Shown piece by piece: positions 44,131 to 61,214 of a DNA stretch of 64,000 nt. The translations under genes were made by a program, and so were the position numbers. Source of the stretch: the human T2T-CHM13v2.0 reference genome, Homo sapiens; the NCBI RefSeq assembly GCF_009914755.1, contig NC_060926.1; one strand, written 5' to 3'. Below the pieces are notes generated by a model. It saw only the letters and a list, made by a program, of their open reading frames with translations, had not been told where the DNA came from and did no database searches. Numbering within the stretch: position 1 is the first letter of the stretch; each line of letters opens with the position of its first letter.

Positions 44131-46799
44131 ATGGAGTGTTCCCAGCATGTTTGTTTAGGCATAGTCACTCACCCTTCAGTTCTGGCCAAGGCTGGCATGC
44201 CTCAGGCAGAAAGGATTACTCTCTCATATGGCCTGGTATAGATGTGGGACACTCAGGACCCACGTACATCTATCTACTCAGAGAACTGGCTAATGAGGTT
44301 TAAAAGAAGACACCCAGCAAGGATTGTGCTGCTAGGGAACAGACTGTCCAGTTGGCTCTCAGGGGATCTCGCAGGTACACTGACCTTGGCTTCTAAGTTC
44401 AGAAGCTCCAATGCTTGATCCTGTCACCGCTCCAGGGTTAGTGGGACTGGAACACTGCTGTCCCCAGGACATGCAGAAGGACATATGCTAACCTACTGAT
44501 TTGGAATTTAAAAATCACCCCAAGGAGGCCACCTTCGGGGACTTTGACCAGAGGCTTTCTCCCTGTGAAAATCCACTTGGGAAAACAAATTCTGATGGGG
44601 AGACTTCCTAATGAGTCTGAAATCAGGAAAGGGAGCCTGTTACATGATGCAGTATTCGGTAACCACAGATTCGGACAGCCTAGTGCCTCTTTCTCCCTAA
44701 TAGGATAAATCCTGTGCAGTTCCCCAAAAGCCCTCAGAAGGGCCTCTTCTTAAATTAAGTTAGGTTTTCTGCAAAGAGCATCACTCAAGATGAACATAAA
44801 TCTACTTCTTACTCAGTTCTAATGGTTTTCCCTGTTTCGTTTAATTACTCATGTTGCAATTAAACAATTTTTTTTTCCCTTGAGAAAGGACAGTATTTTA
44901 GCTACATTATGGGTTAAATAGGCTTTGGAGAACTAGACTGGGAGTCTCATCACCATTTATAACATTTTTTTTATAGGGAAAGTATGTTCCAAAATCTAAA
45001 CAGCCAAATTACAAATGAACTTTCAGAACCCAACCCATTTGTTAACTAGGAACCGTCTGTAATGCTAAAAATAACTTGAGGAAATAAACATAAAAAGGAG
45101 AGCTTAATGCATCTCAGGATCATTTATCTACCATCAGCCCCTACACAGTTAGCTTAATTTCATTGAGGGAATGTCCTCAATGAAACCAGACTGACCCTAT
45201 CCTTGTTCTTCTTACTTTCATGGTACGGCCAGCCAGACTGGCCTAAGCCTTCGAAAAGCACAATGCCATGGGGAAGAGGCATCGTGGAAGTCTCTGCAGA
45301 GAGGAGCTGATGTAACTTAATGGATTACCAGTCAGTTTCAACACTCCATTTGCTGCCCTAAAAGGAAGGTTTAGGAGAATTCCGTGTACTGCTCCGGCTG
45401 CTGTCTCAACTAGTCGTGGCATATTAATTTTCATTGTGAATCTGCCTCTCTAGAACCCGTAGGCAAGAAACCTCATTTTCCTCTGGTAAATAAAGAGCCC
45501 TGAGAACTGAGCAGAGCGAGTGGGCCAGGCATCTGTATGCACTCAGAGACTGCTGTCACATGCCTTTCCTATTGATGGCAGCAAAAATCTGCATGCCTAG
45601 CTTCCCCTCCTCTGCTTTCTGGGAAAGGTGGGTGAATACTTTGTACCCTTCTGGCACTGTGAAAAGGAGTCCCGGGAGCTGGGGAATGGCGCGAGGTGCA
45701 CGTCTCAATAGCAGAAGGCCAGTTGTCTGCACTTCTGTCCCTTGACTTAAATTGTTGGTGGCTGTTCGTTGCAGTCCCTTAAGAAAACACTCTTCAGCCA
45801 CCCACGGGGTCACCCTTGCTAGACCTGCTCCCCAAGGCTCCAGTTAAGTTTGTGGTTCTCTGTCCCCTACTCCTGCCTTCCTTTGCCCTTAGAGGGCCAC
45901 ACAGTTTCCCCTTGGCCCCCCGACCCCAGGTTGCCAGCAGGTAGGGCTCTTGCCCGGCCCAGTTGGAGCTGTGGATGGATAAAGGAAGTCACTCACATTC
46001 CATGTTCTTAATTTTTTTCACACCTGAAGGGGTGGAGACTCAAAACCCACCTGGGCCCCCCTTGTCTAAGACAGTCGGCTAGGGTAGGGAATGGGGGAAT
46101 CCTGCTGGGGTGTCCCAATTGCTCATGCTTTCAGATTTGATTGCTTTATTTTAAAAACATGGATTTGAATGACCGAGAGTCACCTGGGGCAGAAAGGACA
46201 AACCCATGAGTCCAGCTTCATGGATGGCCAGATCCCTCTGGAGCATCCCAAGCTGGTTCTCTTCCCACTGGCTGTGAGATCAGGGCCGCCCAGTGTGATG
46301 CTTCTCTCCTTTGTCCAGAGTGGATCTGCCCAGCTCTTCCAGCATTCGGGCCAGCCCTGCGCCATGGCTCTGGTGTCTCTGTGATTATCTTTGCAGTTCT
46401 AGAACAGCGCCTGCCTTGAGGTTGCCCTCAGGAGGCTTCTCTGGCAGGACAAGGGGACTCAGCATAGGACAGCCTCTTTACAGATGAAAACACACCCAGT
46501 TGAGGGCCAGACTGATGGCGAACATGACCCAGATTCTTCACCTACTACTTAAAGTATCCCTACTTCAGGTTAGAAGTGGCCCTCAGACTGGAGGATGGCG
46601 GGGAATGGAGGTAGGAATGGGGGCGTGGGCTGAGCCTGCCTGGTGAGTTGATTGTGCCAGCTGCAGGCAGAGCTGGAGAATGAGCCAGGCCTGACAAAGT
46701 GACCTCGTGGTCTGTAGTGGGCATTGCTGCCCATTTGCCCAACGTTCATTTTCTCTCCTTCTCCCTTCCCAGCAGAACCCCCATTCTGTTCCAGGTATC

Positions 46800-47215
46800 C
46801 ACCACCTCGCAGGCTCAGAGAAAAGTGAACCCCAGCCCCTGCCGAGAATATGATTCTGGCCAGGCATGGTGATCGTGCTCCCCTCCCAGTCATTAGTTTA
46901 GGAAAGGGTCATGTGAGGCAGTTCTGGAATAGAATATGAGGGTAATCCTGCCTGGGGCTTCTGGAAAAGGTTTCCTTGCTTTTAAGGAAGAGTCACAAGA
47001 AAAAAAGTCATCCTTCTCCCTCCAGACATTGTCGTGACTGGATATGTTGCCTTGAACTGCTATAACCTTCCTACTACAAGCCTGAGGATGAAGCCAGCAC
47101 ATGAGCAGTGGAGAAAACAAGAGAGTTCCAGATATACTGAACCAGAGCCTTGGTACTGCTTTGCTCTAGGCTTCTTGTGTGAGCCAATACATTTTCTAGT
47201 TGTGTGAAAAAGAAA
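46800..47215 (+). mobile_element. Old MaLR LTR (MLT1K-like), degraded
   Basis: gggtcatgtga..cagttctgg, ggggcttctggaaaaggtttcct, gaggatgaagcc. Confidence 0.55.
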
Positions 47216-47899
47216 TAAAAAACAACCGCCTCCATTGCACAGACGGCTCCCAAGCAACAGCCGTGGGTGCCTCCTCTCTCTCCTAGACCTCACCAGGCAT
47301 GTCAGTTTGCTAAAAGCAGCTGCAGTGACCTTCGTGAGTACCCTGTCCTATTATTCATTCATCCCGGCACTCGCTGCTGCATACAGGGATCCTGCTATCT
47401 GTTGCTTCTCTGAATGTCAACACCAGGACACAGCTTAGTACCACCACACTCCTGTGTGTCAGCGGGTCTGTGTTTCTGTCTGAGGGAAATCCACTAACAC
47501 ACTGGTACGTGAGCCAGGAGGTCACTGGAGAGCGTCACCCCACCACCCACTTTAGCCACGCTGAAATTCCCAAACAGGAAGATCTCTCATGCCCTAGGGC
47601 CTTTGCACCTGCCACTCCGTCTTCCTAGCATTGTCATTTCCTCTCTTTCCTGCCCACAAAAACTCCTGTTCATCCTACAACTGAGAGCCTAAAGGTTACC
47701 ACCCCCTGTGATGGGAAAACATTTTTTGCTATTGTTTCTCTTGTTCCTATAATAATTTTTGCTTACGTTCCTATTATAATACATGAATATTATGTGAAAC
47801 TTACCCATTTATTTATTTGTCTCCTTATGAGGCAGCGAACTCTGTAAAAGTCAGCTGCCCGTGATGCCCAGTCTATAGAGGCTCTCAATATGTGTTTGA

Positions 47900-48336
<437 letters not shown>

Positions 48337-48639
48337 CAAAAACAGTAATTTCTGTGGGTGCCGTGATGAGGATGATGAAGACGTAACCCCGTGGTGAGCT
48401 AGCATGAAGCCCTCACGGGTTCGTAGTTGGGGCCTGAGCCCGGATGATGAAGCTGTGTCGGGGGCGCAGATTTTACATCATTGGAGCTTTTGCTGCAGTT
48501 ACTGTGCCCTTCCCATCTCTCCTGGAGCATTTGCAGTCACAGTATCACAGCCTTTTCCTTCAAATATTTGCATCTTCTCAAGATTTTACTCTGACTTGCC
48601 TGTAATTCTCTGCAGCTTTTTGCATTTATTTATTTTATT

Positions 48640-48820
48640 TAAGGCACTCATCTAGTAATTACTTTGTTGCAGGCACTGTTCTAAGTACTTTACCAATGTG
48701 AACTTTTTAAATCCTCATTATAACTCTCCGAGTAATTATTATTAGCACCACTTCAGAGATGAGAAAGACTAAGGAACTTGCCCCAGATCACTCAGCAGAG
48801 TGGGATTCATCACCTAGAGC
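48640..48820 (-). mobile_element. MIR
   Basis: caggcactgttctaagtacttt...aatcctcattataact...agatgagaaa...aacttgccccagatcac. Confidence 0.65.
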
Positions 48821-49849
48821 TCTGGGTAGGCCCAGTCCAGGACAACCCTGGTGAAATTGGTTGGATGAGCAGCTGGCTGCGTACAGGTTCGAGGCATATC
48901 CTTCCCTAGTGCTGGCGACACGACCGGAAGGTGCAGCCACAGACTCCCCACAGAACAGTTTTGCTCATCAGGGTTTGAAACAACCAACAAATGTCAGGAT
49001 CAAAAGGTACAAGGATCGCATGGTCCAGCCCCAGACCTCATAAACAGCCAGCTGCAGTCCTCTTCATTTTTTGTCTGATCAGGCGACCGTTTTTCCTTAA
49101 CAGCCAGGTGGGGTGGTGCAGATAGCACTCCGGTGCATGATGCTTGGGGACCGTTGGGCCTTAAAGCCCCGGCCTCTCTTTCTTTCTGAGGGTTTCTTGT
49201 TTTGCCCCCAAGACATAGTGCATGGCCAGTGTTTGCACTCCAGCCCCCGCTTTCAGAGGTGTTGGCCCAGTTCCTTCGCAGAAGGGCAGTCACGGCCATC
49301 AGGACCATCTGCAGGTGTTGCTGGGCAGGCCTTGAATATATCCAAGCTCAGGGAAGCAGCTCCCTCTTGCTGGTCCCTCGGTCGTTCTTGGTGGATTTGA
49401 ACCTGGGCTGGGAAGTGGGGGTGCAGCAGAATCATTGGCAGGATGTTTGTGTATGTTGGGGGCAGAGCAGCCACGATTTGCCACTGTCTTCCCTGTGAGC
49501 TCAGCGCCACTTTGGAGGAGGAGAGGGAAGAAGGAAAAGGTCACTGTGGTTATGGTTTTCATCTCAAGCCCTGTTCCCATGAGATCTTTCCTGGGATGGA
49601 GAAGGAGAGACCCTATTTGAGGGGGCTGCTAGGAGTGATGAAAAGCACCCTAGGCTGGAGTCAGGAGGTGGCGGTCAGGACCCATGTTCGTACTTGACCG
49701 GCTGAATGACTTTAAGGTGGAACGCCGAAGCTCTCTGAGACTGTTTCCTTATCTACAAGCTGTGCACAAGAATGTCCACCTCACCGGGCTGTTGTGGGGT
49801 CTAAATGAAACAGCTGGGTGAACGCGCTTTATTAAAATAAATGCCCTGG

Positions 49850-50090
49850 TTCGTGGAGACAAAAGGTAGATTAGAGGTTACCAGTGGCTGGCGTGGAGGG
49901 AAGGGACAGGGAGGTTTTGCTTAATGGGTAGAGTTTCTGTTTGGGATGATACAAAAGCTTTGGAAATAGTGGTGACAGTCACATGGCACTGTGACTGCAG
50001 TGAATGCCACTAAACTGTACGCTTGAAAATGGGGAAAATGGCAAATTTTATGTTAGCATATTTTACCACAGTGGAAAAGAAAGAAAACTC
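49850..50090 (+). mobile_element. L1MB-type 3' end fragment
   Basis: gagacaaaaggtagattagaggttacc...gagtttctgtttgggatgat...aaaatggcaaattttatgtta. Confidence 0.8.
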
Positions 50091-51357
50091 AAAGAATAAT
50101 GAATGAATGAATACCCACCATGGGAAGAGAGAAGCAATGTCTGAGCATAAATTCAGGGACAGCTGACCCACCACGCCATTTCCTTGATGAAGAGAAATGG
50201 GGGTGTCGGTCACAGGGAGCAGAACAGAAGCCCATCAGATGATGGGTCTTCATGCAGACCAGTGTGTGCTGGGCCGGTTACAAGGAAGGACTCCTGAGGA
50301 ATGGGTGGGAGGGTGGCCCAGCCCCCAGGGAAGGTTCCTGGGAAAATGTGGAGTCAGCACGGCTGAGGACCCCCATCAGGACTCACCAGGTAACCTGATC
50401 TGGGTAGACAGCCTCTCCCCTCTCCCATTTGCTCCTCCCCCAACAGCAGCAGCTCTGCAGGCTCGGAGCTGCCTGGCCGGCCGCAAGTTTACTGCCAAGC
50501 ACAGTGGGCGGGTCAGGCCCTTAAGAAAGAGGGTTGTGGTGGACACCAGAGCCGTGGAGTAGCGTTTTTGTGGTCCATTTCTCTAGCACCCCAGAGAGGG
50601 GAGCCGAAGGTGAGGCCTTAGCTATCCATATTCAGAGGCAGGTTATATGTCTCACCAGCATCAAGCCCACCAGAGCCCAGCTCTGGGCTAGAAATATGCG
50701 CCTGGCACAAGTGTACACTTTAACCCTGTGCAGTCAGCAACCATTCTAAGAAGCAAGTCTGGACTGCCAGCCAGCCAGGACCTAGGATGTGTCCTTGGGG
50801 TTGCTGCCAGCATCATCATTGTCATTGTCACCATCACTGACATTTATTGAGTGCTCACTGGGAACCAGCCACGGCTCCAAGTGTTTTTGCCTGTGAACCC
50901 TCCCCAGTCTCACAATTGCATGAGGTTGGGGCCGTAACTATCCTCATTAAATAACCTTGGGAGGTGGTATCATGCCCAGGGTCACAGAACCCCAGAACTG
51001 GGTTCACGGCCTTTTTATGATGCTGCTGGCAATGTGGAGACACAGGCCTGCCTCAGGGCAGAAACAGCCCCTGCTTTGAAGGTGAGTTTGATCCTGAGAA
51101 GAAAGTGATAGAGGAGGAGAGAGAGAGGGGAAAAGATGCAGGCCCCAGCAGCTCACCCACCGGAGCTCCAGAACCTGCCCACTCCACCCGGCGCAGGAAC
51201 CTCCACCCAGCCAGGAGCACAGAGCCTGGCAGATAGACTCCCTGGTGGATGCCAGAGCAATGGGGAGCACGTTTGTGGTCAATTCCTCTAGCACCCGCAA
51301 GAGCTGGGCTGAAAGTGAGGCCTCAGCTATACTGCGTCACCATCGCCTCTTCCATTA

Positions 51358-51669
<312 letters not shown>

Positions 51670-52513
51670 CGAAATATGCTGAGCGTGTGAGTTTTATTCT
51701 TCCACGATATTAGGCTGAGGAGATGATATTGAGCAAAATATATTGTACCCATAACTCATATTAATGGGAATTCAATAGTGGCAACTTGTCATCTGCTGAG
51801 ATTAGAAGGGAACGTTATGAATATTGTGTTATAATGACATTAAAAAGGCGTTCTGAATTAGGTTCCATGTACCACATCGGGTTCCTTGTAAATAATTGAG
51901 GAAGAAACTGGTGCTTGGAATTTGGGATTATCCATTTTTGAGATCCCAGCAGTTCCCTCACCGGGCTGATGGGGCCCCATTGATCTGACCACTCACCGGA
52001 CCACAGGGGAAGTCTGCATCTGGCACGGCCGATGGCTTTGTAAAATGAGCACCGAGCAGAAATTAGTAACCGCCGCGTCCAGCAATGGACTGTGCGTTTT
52101 TCCTCCAAAATCTTCCCAAGTCCAGATATTCTGTGTCCCTCGCCTCCAGTCGCTGGAACTCTGGTGGCATCTGAGTTGGCAGCAGCCTTCCCACCACCAC
52201 TCACACCCACCTCTGGCCCCCTCAGTGGCAAAGACTTGAGCCTTGATAGACCCGCGGTCAGATAGTCAGTCAGGCACCAGCAGCTTTGTCCCTGGTGGAA
52301 GAGCCAGGGTGTCCGGCCACCACCCATCTTCAGGTGGGCTTTTCAGTCCTGCTGTCCTGTCCTGAAGGACTCCACCACCTGCTGGCTGTGCCTCCAGATC
52401 CTCAAGGCCCCAGGATGGAAGGCAGCCTGGAGCTTCACAGGCGGCCCCACTGCAGTGCGTCTTCTTTAGTTCAGACCTGGTGTCTCCACGTGGCTCCATG
52501 AAAGACCAGTAGG

Positions 52514-53112
<599 letters not shown>

Positions 53113-53624
53113 GAAAGATCAGTAGGGCTTCCTGGCCAGAGTCAGGTCTGTCATTTAGTTATCAAAGCCCAGAACTTGGCTTGGAGCGGGGGTGGCTGCC
53201 TCCAAGGAAAATCTGAAAGGAGAGTAGGGCAGAAGCAGGCAGATGCTCATCCTGTCTCTGTTCGGAATGCCCTTGAGATCTGACCCTGTGCCATCGAGGG
53301 ACTCCAGGAGCAGAAGAAAGCTTCCTGTGACCATGGCCGACCTCGTGGGCCATTCTGAAGCCACTGAGCATCAGTAAATTATGCGATTCCTCCCTATCAT
53401 TGGAGTGTTGTTTGTCCCTGGATTTCCAGTTTGACTTCTGTCCTATGGCATGCCTGAGGGTGCCAAGAGACAGGAAGAAGCTGTTGTGATTTGAGAGGCA
53501 GTCAGGGCCAAGAGGTTTCTCTGCATGCAGGTGAAACCGTCAGTCGCTTAGCCAACCACATTAATCCTAGCTGGGGTACCATTGCACACCAGCAACATAA
53601 GTACTTAACACACCTCTTGGCCTG

Positions 53625-53890
53625 CACAGCGATGGGATTAGGAGCCCAGACTCTAGATTCAAACTGTCCAAGATTGCATCCGGACTCTCCCACTTTCTAA
53701 CTGTGTGACCTTAGCAAGTTGCTTACCCTCTCAGAACATTGGTTTCCTCTTCTATAAAATGAGAGAATAATACTATCCATTTCATTGGCTTGTGGGGAAA
53801 ATTAAATGAATTAATAATACAAAGCACTTACATCAGTGTCTGGCATCCAGAGCAGACTCTGTAAGCATGATCTGTTATTATTACCATCGT
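53625..53890 (+). mobile_element. MIR
   Basis: ctgtgtgaccttagcaagttgcttac.ctctcag...tttcctcttctataaaatgag core. Confidence 0.8.
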
Positions 53891-54454
53891 CTTCATTGTG
53901 TGACCTCCTCCTCTCTGCCTGTCTCTTTCCCTCTAGAATGAAGGTCCTTGAGACAAAAGACCTGTCCTCTTAGGTTCTGCATTGCTGGCACCTCCCGCTT
54001 GCCTGTTATGTGCTCAGTAAATATGTGTTGAATTATCAAGTTGAATTGTGGGTAGAAGGTGTAGTCATGGAAATCCACTCGCTTTACTGAAAAACAGCTG
54101 TGCACTTTTGAAAATTATATTTCTTTTCCACGGTCGTATATTCTCATTTCAGAGGAGCCCCGTGGCTGCCTCTCATCCTTTGTGTGGCAGGCATCTCGGC
54201 AATAGTACTCAACAGTCTACAGATCAATTAGACATGTATTGGCATGCATGTAGCACCTCGCTAATTAAAGGAATCCCAAAGTCAGGCATTTTGCAGAGCA
54301 CTTGCTGTGCCTCCATGAAATGGGAAATCATCGCCTCTATCTGATGTTCTCAAGCCCAGAACCCGTGCCCCCGCCAGTCCTGGACTCCGGCTCCCGTTCT
54401 GTTTGTTGGTGGTTGTGGTTATGGTTGTTTTTGTTGTCATTGTTCTTTTGTTTT

Positions 54455-54690
54455 TTAAGCCATTTGTGGAGGGCCAGGCCCTGTGCCAAGAGCTTTCCAT
54501 GTTTTGTCTCCATTCTTAGAGCAACCCCATGTGGTAAGTCTACAGTTCTGCCCATTTACACACAAGGAAACTGAGTTTTGGAAAGCCTGAGAACTTGCTC
54601 AATGCGCTAGCTCATACGTGGTATTATGGAAACGGGGCTTGAACTCAGACCTTTTTTACTTCGAAGCCTGTGACTCTAACTCCCAGTTCT
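54455..54690 (-). mobile_element. MIR
   Basis: gccaggccctgtgccaagagcttt...cccatttacacacaaggaaactgag. Confidence 0.6.
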
Positions 54691-55433
54691 TTTCCCCAGA
54701 TGTCTGCCCTTAGGTATCTGCCAGAACCTCAGATATAAAATTCCCAGAATGGAGCTCCATATCCTCAGCCTCAAAGCTGTGCCTTCTTCTGCATGCCTGG
54801 CTCAGGGCTCAGGTTTCCCGCCCACCCAGCAGGTGCAGCCACATGACTCTTCCCTCCCTCGCCACCCTCATTACTACCCATCAGTGAGCTGAGGTCCACC
54901 TTAGTAGATTTCTGGAGTCTACCCTTTTCCCTCCAGTCCCACTTCCACTGCCATAGTCCAGGCCCATCATATCTCACTTGAGGGGACAGAAATTGCCTCT
55001 TCTAGCTTCCTGCCTCCAATCTGCCCACTCTGTCACATCCATCCTTTTTTTTCTAAATGTGCAGTTACTCCATACTTGCCCTGAAGGAAAAGTGGCTTAA
55101 GACCCTTGGCGATCCCACCTCTTCTGGCTTCACCAAGCCTCATCTGTCACCTCTGCACCCCCGCCCCCATGGGTCTTACATTTCAGCCAAATATCAGCTG
55201 CATGCCCCAACCCTGATGCGGGTGAGTTCAGCTGGAGCATGTGTGAGTGACCCCTGGTTCTGCGCCAGGCAGAACACAAATCAGAAGGAACTCTGGCCTT
55301 AAAGACAGGCAGCCTTGGGTTCATTCCACTGGTAAGCTGCTTAACCATTGTGTGGCCTCTTTTTCCTCATCTATAAAATGGAGATAACAACAGTACTGCC
55401 TTAAAAGAAATTCCACGTAAAAAATCTAGACCA

Positions 55434-56032
<599 letters not shown>

Positions 56033-56575
56033 AAAATCTAGCCCATTCTAAGCAAACAGTAAGTGCCCAATAAATGCTGGTGATCATAGTGAAATACAAA
56101 TTCTGTCTTAAGAATAAATTCCTGGAGGCTTATTTTTTTTTTAAAGAAATAGACTCACATCCGAGAAAATAAGGAGTGTAGCATTTAAACAATGACATCT
56201 TCTGGTTTCTCCATGTTCTTCTGAGGAAGTCAGACACCCCTTGCACCGTGGCATGGCTTGAGTACACTTGAGCATCTCCATGTATATGATTGGTCCTCCT
56301 TTCCAGTCCCCACTCCCCACCCGGTCTTCCTTCCCACCGTTTTGAACATCACATGGATTCTCTTTCATGTATTCATTCAACAAATACTCATGCTTTGTTA
56401 ACTTAGGAGGTTCTATGGCTCAGCTGGTTGAGGATGAACCTCTGGGAAGGCAGCTTCCCTAATGTCAATGACTCCACTTGCGATGGAGTGTGCGCTGAGT
56501 CCCAGGCGGTGACTCCTGATCCGCCTTCCACTGTGGCCACGCACACCTGGTACTGCATTGTGCTGGGGCTTTTTA

Positions 56576-56944
<369 letters not shown>

Positions 56945-57855
56945 TCACCTTCTAAGCTCCACCTTTGAAAAACTCTCCCACAACACAACCACTCATCAAG
57001 TGGGTTGCTTTCTGATTACCTTGAGGGTAGTTTGTCCTCCAGCCTTCTCCATCTGAGTCCAACCCTCTGGCTGCTCCAGCTTTGTGGCCTCAGATACCAC
57101 GCCAGGGTCTAGGAGCAAAGGCAGTGCTCAGGGGCAAAACAGCTCCTATCAGCCTCACGCCTCCAGTGACTCCCAGCGCCAATAGTTTTCTCATCAGGGC
57201 AGGCCACAAAATGAAGAAGAAAAATCTTTCTCGAATGGAAAAATAGGGCTGCTGCTGTTTTATGGTGGTGTGCTTTATGGTTTTCAAACATTTTAATTAG
57301 TTTCATTTTTTAATATAAATGCACCCTGATGTTTTGTGCAGGAAGGGCTCCATTCTTAAAATCTCAGAAATAAAGTAGGAAAATGACAGATTGGCTATTA
57401 AAGCGTCACACTCAGATGTATTATTATTATTATTGTTATTTAACATTTCTGAATGCCAACACTGAGCCAGAAGTGGGGGTGGAGGATGGGGATGGTGAGA
57501 AGATCCGGGGACCCCTATGACTCAGGGTCCTGGTGTCAGGGGTCCCGGGGGCTTGGCAGTTGCTTTCTCAGCCTCCTGAGATTGTCCTGCCCCTCCAGGA
57601 ACTTCACAAGATGCCAGTCATCTGGTTTATAGGCTGAAGAGACAACTGGGTTGCCTAGGCTTTGTGTTTCAACCCTGTTCTTGGCTCACCTGTGAACTTG
57701 CTACAATTTCCCAGTTCCACTCCCCATCCCATCCAGGTAGGGATTTAAGCTATATTTCAGGGTGGTAAGGTGGGCCACTTCCAAAGGAACCCATCTCTTC
57801 TTGAAAACATTCAAACTGATGAGAAAGCAGAATTTTACTTTCAGGGCACTCCCCA

Positions 57856-58296
57856 TGTAGTAGGTTAAATAGTACCCCACCCCCCAGCCAAATATATGTC
57901 CACCCAGAATATCTAAACGTGACCTTGTTTGGAAATAGGGTCTTTGCAGAGGTAACTAAAGTAAGGCTCAAGATGAGACCATCTAGATTGGGGTGGGCCC
58001 TAAATCCAATGACGAGTGTTTTTACAAGAGAACAGAGAAGGAGATTTGACAACACAGAGAAGGCCACGTGAAGACGGAGCAGAGATGAATGATGCCACCA
58101 TAAAGCAAGGAATGCCTGGAGCCACCAGAACTGGAAGAGGCAAAGGACCCTCCCCTGGAGCATCCAGAGGGGGTGTGGCCCTGCTGACAGCTTCACTTCA
58201 GACTTCGGACCTCCCAAACTGTGAGAAGGGACCTTTCTGTCCTGTAAGCCACCCACTGTGTGGTTGTTTGTTGCCGCAGCCCCAGAAAAATGATAC
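57856..58296 (+). mobile_element. MaLR solo LTR (MLT1B/C-like)
   Basis: TG start, gtgaccttgtttggaaatagggtctttgcaga, gccctaaatccaatgac, aagccaccca...gcagcccc end. Possible cccca TSD. Confidence 0.85.
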
Positions 58297-59769
58297 CCCA
58301 TGGACACCCCATGGAAGGGTCTCTTCCTAGCATCTCCTTCAAGAAGGTCCATCCGCGTGGGACTGGATTTTTGCAAAACATGCTCTTGATGCTGTGAGTT
58401 TAATCCAGGAGCAGCAGGCTGACCTGCTGACCTCGTCTCTGCTGAGTTGAAATGAAACACCATCACACCTTCTTCCTTGGTGTCGAAAAATGTTTCTACA
58501 AGCTTCCTAATGACCACCTGCCTGCTTCCTATAACATATGGACTCCAATTTGGAAAAGTTTCAAAGGGCGATTAAAGCGAGAAGCTCTAGTACTCCCATG
58601 TCCCTCTCAGAAGGGAAGGAGCTGGGTGCGTCATTTACGTGCAGTGGTGTCTCCAAGGAGGGGCAGACTTGTGAGTAGGATCAGACACTCGATGTGGCCT
58701 CCATTTAAAGGGAGCCGACATTGGGACTCTTACGTAGCTGGAGTAAGAAAATGGAAACAGACGTGCTGTACTGGTTATAACCCTCACAGAAAGCTCTTGA
58801 TCAGACTCAGAGAGCATCAGGGAAATTCTTTAAATCAAAAAACCACATAAGCCAAATAAAAGCTCCAAGCCCCAACCACTCCCCTCTTCTCACAGACTTT
58901 AATTCAGAAGAAAATTCTCTTTGCTGCCATCTCTGCTCCTCTTTATCTTGTTGTAATTGAAAGGAGAAAAAGTGGGCAGATTCATGGACTCGGACACTCC
59001 TTCCCGTTAAAGACTGTGCTTTGACTGTGTTATTGCCAGCAGGTCATTTTATAGAATTCCAGGAAGGAACTGGTTCCAGTGATCCACGGTGGGCCTTCTA
59101 GAGACAGAAGGCCTCCACAAACCCACCTGCCTGGAGGAAACTATACCCAAATGTCAGCCGAGGCTTATGGGCCTATTTTAGAAGATGAGCGATCCCCAGG
59201 CAGGCTCCAGCCGGCCTCCCAGGTCTGTGCCGTGTTTTTCTCCAGCTGCTCCCCTGGGCCTGGGTATGAAATTAGATGGCAGCCCACTGTTTACCCAGCT
59301 GTTGCTGGTGCCCAGAGCCCATACCGGGGCAGGCGGCGGTGCTGCTCAAAGGATATTTATTCCTTAACCGCCCAGGGACTGGGGGCAGAGCTGCGTACCC
59401 TGCTCCTGGAAACAGGCACCCTCCTCCCAGCTTCGCCCTCTGGGGATTAGAATGGCAGAAACTCTGGGACTAGGGAGGATCCAAATTTGGAAAGTATTGG
59501 CTCTGCCCAGCGGTGTTCATGCTCGTAATTTACGTCTTGGAAGTGATTTAATAACTTGAGTTTAATTTCTTTGGAGGAACATGGCAACAGCCTGAGCTCA
59601 TCACGTCCCTCCAAGCCTTTGGCGACATTGTAATCCCAAACTGGCAGTGCTGGAGAAAGTGCCTAGACTTACTCTGGGCACAGAGGCTGGGGCGGAGGGG
59701 GGCGGTGCCCATGAGGGACAGAGGAAGTCAAGAGGCCCAGCACTTTGTCTAGGAAGTTTTACTCAGCCT

Positions 59770-60084
59770 TTATTTTATTTTATTTATTATTATTTCTTGT
59801 TTTGAGACAGAGTCTTGCTATGTTGCCCAGGCCGGAGTGCAATAACACGATTTCAGCTCACTGCAACTTCCGCCTCCCAGGTTCAAGCGGTTCTCCTGCC
59901 TCAGCCTCCTGAGTAGCTGGGATTACAGGCGCCTGCCACCATGCCCAGCTAATTTTTGTATTTTTAGTGGAGAAGGGGTTTCGCCATGTTGGCTAGGCTG
60001 GTCTCGAGCTCCTGACTCAGGTGATCCACCCACCTTGGCCTCCCAAAGTGCTGGGATTACAGGCATGAACCACCACCGCCAGCC
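59770..60084 (-). mobile_element. AluS
   Basis: TTTA-rich tail plus dimer. TSD tactcag(c/t)cttta. Confidence 0.92.
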
Positions 60085-61214
60085 TACTCAGTCTTTAAAA
60101 TAAGGAGATTATGCAGAAGACACAGACCGTAGTACCAGACCCCAAGAGCAGGAAACGGCTGTCAGATTGGGTACACACCCGAGTGGGCTGAATGAACAGG
60201 CTCTGTCGGCCTAATCTGCAAGTGACTGCTCGCCAAGAAACCACACCTGTAAAGGTTAGGGCAGTACTCCCACGTGCTCGGCAACATGGCAGCTGAAATC
60301 GGTATAAGAAAGGAGATGGATTACAGGAGGTGGAATCCGTTACTGAAAGATTCTTGGAGTCTAGCGGTGATAGCTGCAGCTCACTGCTAACCGGGAGATT
60401 TATGTGACAAGATTATCAATGGTATTAAGCACATTTAGAAGAGAGGATTATACCTACTCCTGGGTCAGTTCTGTGCCACCAGGCCCTGTTCTGGCCAGCG
60501 TGTTAACAGATGGACTGCCGGCTGCATGAAGGTGAAGCTAAACATTTGCACAGTCACGAGAAGAGGGGAGGCTCAGATGATGAGTTCATTGCTGGGTGGC
60601 TAAGTTCAAATCCAAGGGAAGGATCTGGTTTTGGGTCTCTGCCAAATCCTAGGAAAGATCTATTTCCACCTCCTCCCTTTCTGCCCCCCAGGCTCCCCAC
60701 CACCATGCCCACCCCTGCCAGCCTGCCCAGATTTTTGGCTTGGTGAACTCCCTCACCAAGGGGAGGGGACCCATATGTAACTAGAAGCAGGAGGGCGGTG
60801 TCGGAGGCTCCAAGGGGTGATAGGAAGGAAACAGTGCCAAGCCCACCAGCCGCCCTCCCAGAAACGAACTTCCAAGCAATAGCAGACTCTGCTCCAGAGA
60901 AGGAGAAGCACTTTATTTGCTCTACCACCGGGGAGAGTTTAAAATTAGACCAGGCGAAGCTCAGGAGGATATGCTGTTGGGAGCAGTTCTGGTGGCCTTT
61001 GGAAGGGTTGGCTGGGATGTGGCTGATGGGCTTTTTTCATTCCCAATGTTTAAGCCTAGCCTGGAGCCAGGACTATGCAGAACGAGAGCACACAGAAGGC
61101 CTCTGGGGAGGCTTAACTATCTAGGGACACCTCTCAGCCCTGTGTCAGGAATTGTTGCAGAACCCTTGAAGTAAGCAGAGCTTAAATGGAGTGTGACCTC
61201 AGAAAATGCTACTT

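Noticed and set aside
57750-58517. 255-aa minus-strand ORF
   Set aside because: Mostly the antisense of an MLT1 LTR.
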